DNA of 30,001 nucleotides from a virus (Duplodnaviria > Caudoviricetes), in the IMG/VR virus record IMGVR_UViG_3300033407_000090, positions 1-30,001 of that record; one strand, written 5' to 3'. How positions within the stretch are numbered: the first letter of the stretch is position 1; each line of letters begins with the position of its first letter. Under the pieces are notes generated by a model. The model ran no database searches and was not told where the DNA came from. It saw only the letters and a list, made by a program, of their open reading frames with translations. Made by a program: the position numbers and the translations under genes. Positions 1 through 8,661 of the stretch are shown here, in pieces.

Positions 1-585
1 CTCGACCCGGGTCTCCAGTTCGAGCCGTGGTCGCCGACGCATCCCACGGAAGCGTTTGGCGAGTTTTCCAAGGCGATGCTCCGCTCGATTGCTGCGGGAC
101 TGGGCATCAGCTATTCTGCGCTCTCCCAAGATCTCTCGGACGTGAACTTCTCGTCGATCCGCGCGGGCATCCTGGATGAGCGGGACGTCTATCGTGCGCT
201 CCAGACGTGGCTCATCGCCCACCTGCACACACGCGTCTATCGGGCGTGGGTGCGGATGGCGATGCTGGCGGGCGTCCTCGATAGTCGCCTCGACCAGCAG
301 AGCTATCATGCGGTGCAGTGGCACGCGCGCGGCTGGGCGTGGGTCGACCCGGAAAAAGATGCCAGGGCGGCCATGATGGCCGTCGAGCACGGTCTCGACA
401 GCCGGACACGTCAGGCCGCTCGGCAGGGCCGTGATTTTTACGACGTTATCCGCGAGCGGGCGGCGGAGGAGGCTTTCGCGCAGCAGCTCGGTGTCACCCT
501 CCGCACGCGGACCGAGCCGAGATCCAAGCCAGACATCGAAAGCGCGAAGGCAGCCGCCCCACACGGGAACGGGAGGAGATGGTGA
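1..585 (+). CDS. Phage portal protein, lambda family (C-terminal part, 5' truncated by window)
   Basis: Frame open from base 1; motifs SYSALSQDLSDVNFSSIRAG and WAWVDPEKDA typical of lambda gpB-like portals; directly upstream of the protease. Confidence 0.9.
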   Translation, partial: LDPGLQFEPWSPTHPTEAFGEFSKAMLRSIAAGLGISYSALSQDLSDVNFSSIRAGILDERDVYRALQTWLIAHLHTRVYRAWVRMAMLAGVLDSRLDQQSYHAVQWHARGWAWVDPEKDARAAMMAVEHGLDSRTRQAARQGRDFYDVIRERAAEEAFAQQLGVTLRTRTEPRSKPDIESAKAAAPHGNGRRW

Positions 586-2945
586 CGCATCGCGTCGGCG
601 CACACCTCGTCGAGTACGCGCTCGGGACGCCGTGGGCGATCCTGCCCGACACGCTCGGATTCCTCCTGCGCGTGATTCATCGGGACTACAGCGAGGAGGA
701 GGCCGCCGCCGTCGCGGCACGCCTGGGTATCCCCCTCGACAATGCGCGCGCGGTGACGGTGCGCGATGGCGTGGCGACGATCCCGGTGAGCGGCCCGATG
801 TTCCGGTACGCGAACCTGCTGACGGAAATCAGCGGCGCCACGTCGTATGCAGTGCTCGCCACCGACCTCACGGCAGCCCTGGATGACGATGCCGTGAAGG
901 GCATCCTCCTCGCGGTGGATTCGCCCGGCGGTGACGTCAATGGCGTGTCCGATCTCGCGCAACTCATCTGTGCCGCGCGGGAGCGGAAACCCATCGTCGC
1001 GCATATCGGCGGGTTTGGCGCGAGTGCCGCGTTCTGGCTCGCGACCGCCGCGCACCAGGTTGTCGTCTCGGATACCGCGCTCGTGGGCTCCATCGGGGTC
1101 GTGATGAGCGCCGTCCACGATGATCCCGAGACCGCGGAGCGCCATATCGAGTTCGTCTCGAGTCAGACGCCGGACAAGCTCATCGACGCCTCGACGAAGT
1201 CAGGCCGCGCGCGCTACCAGGCGATCGTCGATCAGCTGGCGGGCGTTTTCGTCGCGGCGGTGGCACGACACCGGAAGACCGACGAGGCGACGGTGCTGGC
1301 CGACTACGGGAGGGGCGGGATCCTGATCGGGCAGTCCGCCGTCGCGGCCGGCATGGCCGATCACGTGGCCACCTTCGAGGAGACGCACACGATGCTCGCC
1401 GAGACCGTGGGTGTCCGGTCGAGTACCGCACCGTCGCTGGCCGCGGTCTTGCCGCGGCTCGCCGCCCTGCAGCACGCCGACCGCCAGTGGCTCGCGGCGT
1501 CGTGTGATCTGCGAGGACTCACCGTCCACCTGCCGCCGGCGGTCTCGGCGCGCAGGAACAATCCGATTTTGTCTTTATCACCGGCCCCCCGGGCCACTGC
1601 GGAGACCGTATCCATGCCCACGCCCACGCATCCACCTGTCGCACCTGCCACCGTGACGCCCGCGTCGCCCGATCTGCTGGGCGAGTACAAGGCGTACGTC
1701 GCCGAGGTCTCCACGCTCTGCGATCTGGCGGGGTTCCCCGGGCTCGCGGCGTCGCTGATCCGGGCCGAGACGCCACTCGACGCGATCCGCGAGGATCTCA
1801 CCAAACGCGTGGCCGCACGGGACGCCGCGCGTTTGGTTCCGCCGACTCCCGTGGTGACAGGCGTGACGGACCGTGAGCTCGCCGAGCCGTTCGCCTCGCT
1901 CGGGGAGCAGTGCATGCTCATCCGCGCCGCCGCCGTGACGCCCTCGAGCATCGATCGTCGGCTGCTGCAGACGCACGACCGGATCAAGGCCGCCACCGGC
2001 ATGAGCGGTGTCGTGGATTCGGAGGGCGGATTCTTTCTTGCGCCGACCTTCAGCGATCGCCTGCTCGAGCGGACCTACAGCACGGGCCAGATCCTCCCGC
2101 GCGTCACCCGCACGCCCATCGGCCCCAACAGCAACGCGCTGACGATCAACGGCGTCGACGAGACCAGTCGCGCCACGGGGTCGAGGCAGGGCGGTATTCG
2201 GGGCTACTGGATCAACACCCCGGACGGCGAGGCCATCACGGCGAGCAAGCCGAAATGGACTCAGATCGGCCTCAAGCTGCAGGGTCTCGGCGCCGCGGTC
2301 TACGCGACCGAAGACGAGCTCGAGGACGTCGTGGCACTCAACGCCCGCCTGAACCGCGCCGTCCCGATCGAGCTGAATTTCATGCTCGAGGATGCGCTGT
2401 TCAACGGCACCGGCGCCGGCATGCCGAAAGGGATCCTCCAAGCTGGATGTCTCATCTCGGTCGCCAAAGAGACCGGTCAGCAAGCGAACACCGTGACGGT
2501 GGAAAACATCGTCACCATGTACGCGCGGTCGTGGGGGGCGGGCAGGACCGGCGCGGTGTGGCACATCAATCAGGACATCGAGCCGCAATTGTTCACCATG
2601 GGCATCACCTTCGGCACGGGCGGGCAGGCGATCTACATGCCGCCCGGCGGCCTGAGCGCGGCGCCCTTCGCGACGCTCCTCGGGCTGCCCGTCATCCCCG
2701 TGGAGTACTGTGAGACTCTCGGGACCGTGGGGGACATCGTGCTCGCCCAATGGGGCGCGTACGAAATGATCACGAAAGGCGGCGTCAAAGCGGCCGAATC
2801 GATTTCGGTGAAGTTTCTCGAGAACGAACGCACGTTCCGCTTTACGCTGCGGACCGACGGACAGCCCTCATGGCGGGTCGCACTGACGCCGTTCAAGGGC
2901 ACCGTCACGCAATCGCCGTACGTCGCGTTGGCGACGCGCGCCTAA
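579..2945 (+). CDS. S49 (SppA/lambda gpC-like) prohead protease fused to HK97-fold major capsid protein
   Basis: N-terminal S49 motifs LLAVDSPGG, ASAAFWLA, VGSIGV; C-terminal capsid motifs EGGFFLAP, LFNGTGAGMPKGIL, TLLGLPVI, FRFTLRTDGQP; RBS GGGAGGAG upstream. Confidence 0.9.
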   Translation: MVTHRVGAHLVEYALGTPWAILPDTLGFLLRVIHRDYSEEEAAAVAARLGIPLDNARAVTVRDGVATIPVSGPMFRYANLLTEISGATSYAVLATDLTAALDDDAVKGILLAVDSPGGDVNGVSDLAQLICAARERKPIVAHIGGFGASAAFWLATAAHQVVVSDTALVGSIGVVMSAVHDDPETAERHIEFVSSQTPDKLIDASTKSGRARYQAIVDQLAGVFVAAVARHRKTDEATVLADYGRGGILIGQSAVAAGMADHVATFEETHTMLAETVGVRSSTAPSLAAVLPRLAALQHADRQWLAASCDLRGLTVHLPPAVSARRNNPILSLSPAPRATAETVSMPTPTHPPVAPATVTPASPDLLGEYKAYVAEVSTLCDLAGFPGLAASLIRAETPLDAIREDLTKRVAARDAARLVPPTPVVTGVTDRELAEPFASLGEQCMLIRAAAVTPSSIDRRLLQTHDRIKAATGMSGVVDSEGGFFLAPTFSDRLLERTYSTGQILPRVTRTPIGPNSNALTINGVDETSRATGSRQGGIRGYWINTPDGEAITASKPKWTQIGLKLQGLGAAVYATEDELEDVVALNARLNRAVPIELNFMLEDALFNGTGAGMPKGILQAGCLISVAKETGQQANTVTVENIVTMYARSWGAGRTGAVWHINQDIEPQLFTMGITFGTGGQAIYMPPGGLSAAPFATLLGLPVIPVEYCETLGTVGDIVLAQWGAYEMITKGGVKAAESISVKFLENERTFRFTLRTDGQPSWRVALTPFKGTVTQSPYVALATRA
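1601..1616 (+). promoter_or_regulatory. Putative internal RBS and in-frame ATG (1614) giving a 443-aa capsid protein
   Basis: GGAG-N9-ATG in frame, preceded by an AT-rich patch (about 1555-1580) and a small hairpin GGCCC-CCC-GGGCC. Confidence 0.5.
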
Positions 2946-2965
2946 CCGCGGAGGAGAGAGGGACC

Positions 2966-3433
2966 ATGATCTTCACTGAGCGCAACCATCTGGTAGTGGG
3001 CCTCGATCCGGTCGCGGACGCGTTCGCGGGCACGGTGTCGAGTGACGTCGTGAGCCTTAAAGACTATCATCACGCGACGTTCATCGTGTGGTGGGGGGTT
3101 GGGGCCACGGGCACCACTCTGATCACGGTCGAGGCGTGTGACGATACCACCCCGACCACCACCACCGCCGTCGCGTTCCGCTATCGGCGCTATACGTCGG
3201 CCGACACGGCCGCAGCGCTGACGGCGGCGGCGGCGGCCGGATTCACGACCACGGCGGGCTCCGCGCAGCGCTACGTGGTCGAGGTGGACAGCGACGCGCT
3301 GGCCCCGACCGGATATAGCTACGCCCGGCTGACGTGTGTCGAGGATGTCAACTCTCCGATTCTGGGGGGGATCCTGATCATCCTGAGCGAGCCGCGGTAT
3401 GCGACCACGAGCCCGGGCACGGCGGTCACCTAA
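2966..3433 (+). CDS. Probable capsid decoration/cement protein (155 aa)
   Basis: Strong RBS (GGAGGAGAGAGGG) before ATG 2966; follows the capsid gene; Thr/Ala/Val-rich beta-type sequence. Confidence 0.6.
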   Translation: MIFTERNHLVVGLDPVADAFAGTVSSDVVSLKDYHHATFIVWWGVGATGTTLITVEACDDTTPTTTTAVAFRYRRYTSADTAAALTAAAAAGFTTTAGSAQRYVVEVDSDALAPTGYSYARLTCVEDVNSPILGGILIILSEPRYATTSPGTAVT

Positions 3434-3444
3434 GGGTTGTCGGA

Positions 3445-3476
3445 GACGTGAGAGTCGGCGCATCGGCTCTCACGTC
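3445..3476 (+). terminator. 14-bp stem-loop after capsid/decoration genes (terminator or mRNA stabiliser)
   Basis: GACGTGAGAGTCGG-CGCA-TCGGCTCTCACGTC with two G.U pairs; only a weak U-tract follows. Confidence 0.55.
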
Positions 3477-3544
3477 CCCCTTGCTACCACTTCCGTCCAC
3501 CACAGGGCGGCGGCCGATGGTCGCCGGAGAGGGAGCGTGACACC

Positions 3545-4258
3545 ATGAGCACCAAGGCGCGGTACCACAACGGCATCCTGGAGTACTACGACTCGCAGAC
3601 ACATGAGCGCGTGGCGCCGTTCGCGCCCGTGGTCTACGCCGAGGATTTTCTCGGCGACGGCACCATCCCGGCTGCGTGGACGGCGATCGATGTCTCGTCC
3701 GCCGGCGATACGACGCCGCTCATCGCCGCCGACGTGGCGAATGGAGTATGCCGGATGCCGCTCGATGTGACGTCGGAGGCGCAGGAGTCCGGTCTGACGT
3801 GGGGCGATCAGCGGCCGCTGATCCTGAATCAGGGGCTCGTGATCGAAATGCGCGTCGCGCTCCAAACACTGCCGACCCTGCTCGCCGAAGCCGTCTGGGG
3901 GTTGGCGGGCGACAAGAACGCCGTCGCCGACACAGTGGCGGAATCGATCTGGTTCAAGGCGGACGGGAACGGCGCGATCGTCGTCGAGAATGACGATGCG
4001 ACGAACACGAACGACGACATCAGCACCGGCACGACGCTGACGGCGGGGACCTTCGCGATCTTCCGGATCGACTGCACCACGATCGCGGACTGCAAGTTTT
4101 ACGTCGATGGCGCGGCCGTCGCCACCGGGACGACGTTCGACATGTCCGACGTCGCCGGCCTGAAGCTGCAGCCCTATTGTCACATCGCGAAGGCGAGCGG
4201 TGCGGGACTCGGCGTGCTCGATGTCGACTACGTGCGAGTCTGGCAGACGCGGAGCTAG
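3545..4258 (+). CDS. Virion structural protein, probable ConA/lectin-like beta-sandwich
   Basis: RBS GAGGGAG; lies in head module; C-terminal FYVDG...LDVDYVRVWQ resembles ConA-like folds. Confidence 0.55.
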   Translation: MSTKARYHNGILEYYDSQTHERVAPFAPVVYAEDFLGDGTIPAAWTAIDVSSAGDTTPLIAADVANGVCRMPLDVTSEAQESGLTWGDQRPLILNQGLVIEMRVALQTLPTLLAEAVWGLAGDKNAVADTVAESIWFKADGNGAIVVENDDATNTNDDISTGTTLTAGTFAIFRIDCTTIADCKFYVDGAAVATGTTFDMSDVAGLKLQPYCHIAKASGAGLGVLDVDYVRVWQTRS

Positions 4259-4264
4259 TGGAGG

Positions 4265-4555
4265 GTGTTCGCGTCCGATCTGCCCGCGCTGCTGGCGACC
4301 GGCGAGCTCGTGACGTGCGGTGTGCTGTCCGCCCGAGGATTCTTCGACGTGCGGCAGGAGATCCGGATGGGGGGCGACGGGATCGAGAAAGTGATCACCC
4401 GTGCGGTGCTGACCCTCCGCACGACGGATTTCCCGCTGCTCACGCGTGACAGTGTCCTGGTCCGGGCGAGTGACGAGGTGAGTTACAGTGTCCGCGACAT
4501 CCAGCGCATCGAGGATGGCGCGCTGAAAGAGGTGACGGTGGCGGTGGTCACATGA
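4265..4555 (+). CDS. Head-tail joining protein (gpFII-like)
   Basis: GTG start with GGAGG RBS; 96 aa; position; YSVRDIQRIEDG pattern typical of head-tail joining proteins. Confidence 0.6.
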   Translation: MFASDLPALLATGELVTCGVLSARGFFDVRQEIRMGGDGIEKVITRAVLTLRTTDFPLLTRDSVLVRASDEVSYSVRDIQRIEDGALKEVTVAVVT

Positions 4556-5064
4556 TCGAGCCCGTGCGCATCTGCGCGGATTATTTCGCTGATGGGACGA
4601 CGGGCGTCAACGCGCTCCTCGCGGCGGTCGATCTCGACACGGGCGACACGGTGCCGCCCGACCTCGCGCAGGTCTTGGACGATACGCGCTATGGCGTCGT
4701 CGCCCGCCGTCGGTGGAACGCGTCGCTCGAAACGGCGCCCTCACTCCTCGTGTACGATGCGGGCGCGCAGTGGCAGGCCCCGCATGTCGGGAAGCAGGAT
4801 GGGACGGCGCGGGTGGGTGTCTATTATCTGGTCGAGGACAGCGACTCCGCTGCGGGGGTCGAGGATGCACACTACACGCTGCGGGCCGTGCGTCAGGCGG
4901 TGTCGGATCTCGCGGGGGCCACGAGCGCGGCACGCACGCGGAACGGCATCATCGTGACCGATCTCCAGACGGTCGAGGACATGCCCGCGGACGTCGAGAT
5001 AGACGGTGTGCTCATCGCCGGCGCGATGCGGATCACGTGGCGCGTCAGGGATACGGCCCCATGA
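4552..5064 (+). CDS. Probable tail completion/terminator protein
   Basis: ATGA overlap; 170 aa; lies between head-tail joining and tail tube genes. Confidence 0.5.
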   Translation: MIEPVRICADYFADGTTGVNALLAAVDLDTGDTVPPDLAQVLDDTRYGVVARRRWNASLETAPSLLVYDAGAQWQAPHVGKQDGTARVGVYYLVEDSDSAAGVEDAHYTLRAVRQAVSDLAGATSAARTRNGIIVTDLQTVEDMPADVEIDGVLIAGAMRITWRVRDTAP

Positions 5065-5279
5065 TCGACCCCACGGTCCCTGATCGCACGGCGCGAGACC
5101 GACCAGACCTGGCCGAGCTCCGGAGCCGGCGTGCTCGTGGCCGTCCGTTGGCACCGGAGCTCGTGGCGCTGCTCGAGGCCGCCGACGAGGACACACCCCC
5201 GCCCCCCGCGCATGACGCACCGCGCCGGCACCGCGCGGCACACCCGGTGAGAGCCGAAAGGATCGACGACGATGGCTGA
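5061..5279 (+). CDS. Small hypothetical protein (72 aa)
   Basis: ATGA overlap with the upstream stop; fills the gap to the tail tube gene. Confidence 0.55.
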   Translation: MIDPTVPDRTARDRPDLAELRSRRARGRPLAPELVALLEAADEDTPPPPAHDAPRRHRAAHPVRAERIDDDG

Positions 5280-6234
5280 GAATCCCATCCGCATCGAGGG
5301 CCTGCTGTGCAAGATCGAGTCGGTCTATGGGACCGATCCCACGCCCACCGCCGCCGCCAATGGCATCCGCATCAGTGAACGCCTCTGGGCGCAGATCAGT
5401 TTCGAGTACGCGTTCAGCAACCTGCGCGACGAGGTGGTGACCGGGACACTCCTGCCTCTCGGCGCCGGCCCCAAACGCGGCTGGATTGCGACCCTCGACT
5501 TCGGCGTCGAGCTGACCGGCTTCGGGGCGGCCTACTCGGCGACGGATCTTCCGTCAGTCCACCCGCTGATTCGCTCGTCGGGCTGCTCGCAGACGGTCGT
5601 CACGACGGGCGGAGCGGAGACGGTCACATACACGCTCGAGGACACCGGGCATGAGAGCTGCACCATCTGGGCCTACGGCGCGGGAAATATTTACAAAATC
5701 GTCGGCTGTCGTGGCGAGCTGACGTGGCCGTTCACTCCGGGCGAGCTGGGCCTCATGCGCTTCCGTGTGCAGGGCCTCGTCGCGTCGGTGGCCACCGGCG
5801 CGCTGCCGGCGATCACCTATACGGCCGAGGTCCCACCGCCGATGGTGGGGCTGGCCCTGACCGTCGGCGGCTGGACCCCGACCCGGGTGTCGGGTGAGTT
5901 TACCACCGGGGCGACCATCGTGCGGCGGGATTCGGCCCAGGCCGCGGATGGCGTCACGGCGTTCTCGATCAGCCGCTTCGATCCGCACTTCCGCCTGACC
6001 GCCGAGACCGACGCGCTCGCCACCGCGAACCCCTACGACGATGCGAAGCCCGCGGCGGGTGGTGTCCCGACGAACCGGACGATCGACCTCACGCTGGGGA
6101 GCGCGCAGTATCAGCGCGCCAAGCTCGACGTCGACAACGCGACGGTCGAAAGCATCAGTCACCAGGACCTCGACGGATTCGCCGGGTGGGAGATTCTGTA
6201 TCGGGTGACCGCGGCGTCGATCGTCTTCGATTGA
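5272..6234 (+). CDS. Major tail tube protein
   Basis: N-terminal KIESVYGTDPTP motif, ESCTIW and GCRG motifs typical of phage tube proteins; upstream of chaperone and tape measure. Confidence 0.8.
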   Translation: MAENPIRIEGLLCKIESVYGTDPTPTAAANGIRISERLWAQISFEYAFSNLRDEVVTGTLLPLGAGPKRGWIATLDFGVELTGFGAAYSATDLPSVHPLIRSSGCSQTVVTTGGAETVTYTLEDTGHESCTIWAYGAGNIYKIVGCRGELTWPFTPGELGLMRFRVQGLVASVATGALPAITYTAEVPPPMVGLALTVGGWTPTRVSGEFTTGATIVRRDSAQAADGVTAFSISRFDPHFRLTAETDALATANPYDDAKPAAGGVPTNRTIDLTLGSAQYQRAKLDVDNATVESISHQDLDGFAGWEILYRVTAASIVFD

Positions 6235-6269
6235 TCGATAGGCCGGGCAGAATGTGTCCGGCCCATCGA
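6235..6269 (+). terminator. Stem-loop directly after tail tube gene
   Basis: TCGAT-A-GGCCGGGCA-GAATG-TGTCCGGCC-C-ATCGA; no U-tract. Confidence 0.45.
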
Positions 6270-6312
6270 GGCGGCACCACACAGTCTCCGACAAGTGAAA
6301 GGGAGGGTTCCG

Positions 6313-6648
6313 ATGGCGCGCGACCTGGTCACCGCGGCGTGTGTGGGACTCGATCTCCCGCTGCCGTCCGGACGGAGCGTCCATGTCCGGACGATGCCGC
6401 TGCGTGAGGCGGCGCGCTACCTCGCGCTGCTCGAGTCCGCTGAAGACACGGACGGCGGTGGGGCGGCGAAAGCGATGATCGCCCTCATGGAGGAGTTCCC
6501 CGACGCGATCGGCCTCGAGGAGGAGTTGTTGCCGATGGAGCTGTTTGACGTCGTCCGCGCGTTTTTTTCCCACCGGAGGCCGATGCCCGCGACGCCTCCG
6601 GCGTCACCGAGACCTCCCGCCGCACCGCATGGATCGACGACCTCCTGA
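6313..6648 (+). CDS. Tail assembly chaperone (gpG-like)
   Basis: RBS GGGAGGG; lies between tube and tape measure genes; contains slippery G TTT TTT. Confidence 0.75.
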   Translation: MARDLVTAACVGLDLPLPSGRSVHVRTMPLREAARYLALLESAEDTDGGGAAKAMIALMEEFPDAIGLEEELLPMELFDVVRAFFSHRRPMPATPPASPRPPAAPHGSTTS

Positions 6649-6908
6649 TCGAGTATGCGACATGGTACGGTCCCCCGGACCTCGCGATGTCCTGGCATCT
6701 CTTTTGGCTGCTCGCGAGGTCCGGGGGACAGCGCGAGGCGCGCGAGCAGCTGCGGTGGACGTATGCGGTGGCACAGGGGATCGGCGTGGCCTTCGGGGCA
6801 TCGGGTGCGCGGACGATCGAGATGCTTCGGCGCCGCGCGTTCCCGGCGGCGGCGGCCCGCCGCCCGGATCTCCTCGTGAACAGGGCGGCGGGGACTGATG
6901 GCCACTGA
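6313..6908 (+). CDS. Tail assembly chaperone frameshift product (gpGT-like), -1 slip at 6561-6567
   Basis: The -1 frame from GTTTTTT is open to TGA at 6906-6908 (…FPPEADARDASGVTETSRRTAWIDDLLIEYATWYGPPDLAMSWHLFW…) and overlaps the tape measure start. Confidence 0.75.
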
Positions 6909-8661
6909 ACAGGTTTCGATCATCATCCGGGCACGCGATCTCGCGAGCAGCGTGCTCGGCAAGATCCGCAACAATTTCGGATCGATCATCATCGTCGCCA
7001 ACCAAGCGGCGGCGCTGTTCGGCAAACTCGTGCGCGTCGCGGGTCAGGTGTCGTCGGGTTTTGCCGATCTCCTCCGGCGCGGCAGGGATCTGACCGTCGT
7101 GCAGAGCGCGTTCAACCGTGCCGCCGGGACAGGTACGTCCGCCCTGCGTGCCCTCCGCGAGTCCACCCAGGGGCTCGTGAGAGATTACGATTTGATGGTG
7201 GGGTTCAATCGCGCGGTGACGCTGGGCGCGGTGCAGACGACGCAGGAGTTCGGCGATCTCACACAGACGGCGATTGCGCTGGGGAGGGCGATGGGACTGG
7301 ATGCGTCGGTCGCGATCGATAAAATGACGTTGGGATTGGCGCGGCTCAGTCCCAAACTCCTCGACGATGTGGGCCTCACCGTCTCGGCGGGCGAGGCCAA
7401 CGTGCGATACGCGGCGGCGCTCGGCGTGGCGGTCAGCGCGCTGACCGACGCCCAGCGACGCGAGGCGTTTCGCGCCGCCGCGATCGATGCGAGCCGGGTC
7501 GCGCTCGCCAAGCTCGGGAAGACGGCGCTGGGCGCGGGCGACACGATGCAGACGCTCCGGGTCCAGGTCGAAAATGCCGTGGACTCGATCGGCAAAAAAA
7601 TCAACGAGAGTGATTTTTTTGCGGGGATCCTCAGTCGTGCGACGAGTTTCGTGGAGGACCTGGCGGACATCTTCATGGCGGATAGCGGGACGATTCGCGA
7701 GGTGTTCGACGCGCTCGGGACCCTGGCCGGTCATGCCTTCATGGCCGCGCTCATCGCCCCGCTGCCCTTTGTCTCTGCCGAGACCGAGATCGCGGGGATG
7801 GAGGCGTCTGTCAAACGGATCCAATCGCTAGCCAGCGGGGCCAGGGCCGAGCGTCGCGCGGACGAAATCCGGCAGACGCCCGCGTTTCTCGAGGCGCGAC
7901 TGGGCGTCCTGCGAGCCCAGCGTGCTGCGCTGATGGCTCGGCCGGTGACGTCGCCGGAGGGGGAGGGGAATCCGTTGCTGCGTCTCCGCTCCGAGCGCGA
8001 CCTCATGGCGACCATGCGCGAGGTGGTCGCGGTGACAGACGACATCGTGCGCCTCGACCACGAGATCAGCGAGACGATGACGGCGCTCGTCGAGGCGCGG
8101 AAACGGCTGCGCCAGACGAGCGCCGTCACCGTGCGACGCCCGACGGCCGCGGAGGCCGCGGCGTTCGCCGCGTCCGCCCGCGAGCGGGACGTGGTAGACA
8201 TTCCGACGCCCCTCCCCCTGCGCCCCTTTGTCCCTCGCGAGGTCGAGCAGTCGGTTCAGGTGTTCGAGGAGGCCGGGGCCGCGATCTCCGATATGGCCCT
8301 CACGGTCGGCCGTGAGTTTGCCTTCATGGCGGCGTCGGTGCTGCGCGGCACCGACGACGTAGTGCAGTCTGTGCTCAACATGATCTCGCGGATCGCCGGT
8401 CAGAGTGGTGGGACAGTCGGCTCGATCGTGAGCATCCTCGCCGATGTCGCCAGCCTGGTGGTCGGTCGGGGTGACCCTGCGCCGACGCACGTCCGCATCG
8501 ACTCCTATGCGGATCGTGCGCTCGACCAGATGCGGCAGGCCCAAGGCGAGGTGACCATCTCCCTCCAGGGTTTTAGCCCGGACGACACCGCGGCCGTCGA
8601 GCGGCTCGCCGCTCGACTCGACGCGCTCCGCGGGCGCCGCATCAACCTCCGGCTCACATGA
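6898..8661 (+). CDS. Tail tape measure protein (587 aa)
   Basis: Begins EQVSIIIRARDLAS; Ala-rich helical; GLARLSPKLLDDVGL motif; canonical position. Confidence 0.88.
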   Translation: MATEQVSIIIRARDLASSVLGKIRNNFGSIIIVANQAAALFGKLVRVAGQVSSGFADLLRRGRDLTVVQSAFNRAAGTGTSALRALRESTQGLVRDYDLMVGFNRAVTLGAVQTTQEFGDLTQTAIALGRAMGLDASVAIDKMTLGLARLSPKLLDDVGLTVSAGEANVRYAAALGVAVSALTDAQRREAFRAAAIDASRVALAKLGKTALGAGDTMQTLRVQVENAVDSIGKKINESDFFAGILSRATSFVEDLADIFMADSGTIREVFDALGTLAGHAFMAALIAPLPFVSAETEIAGMEASVKRIQSLASGARAERRADEIRQTPAFLEARLGVLRAQRAALMARPVTSPEGEGNPLLRLRSERDLMATMREVVAVTDDIVRLDHEISETMTALVEARKRLRQTSAVTVRRPTAAEAAAFAASARERDVVDIPTPLPLRPFVPREVEQSVQVFEEAGAAISDMALTVGREFAFMAASVLRGTDDVVQSVLNMISRIAGQSGGTVGSIVSILADVASLVVGRGDPAPTHVRIDSYADRALDQMRQAQGEVTISLQGFSPDDTAAVERLAARLDALRGRRINLRLT

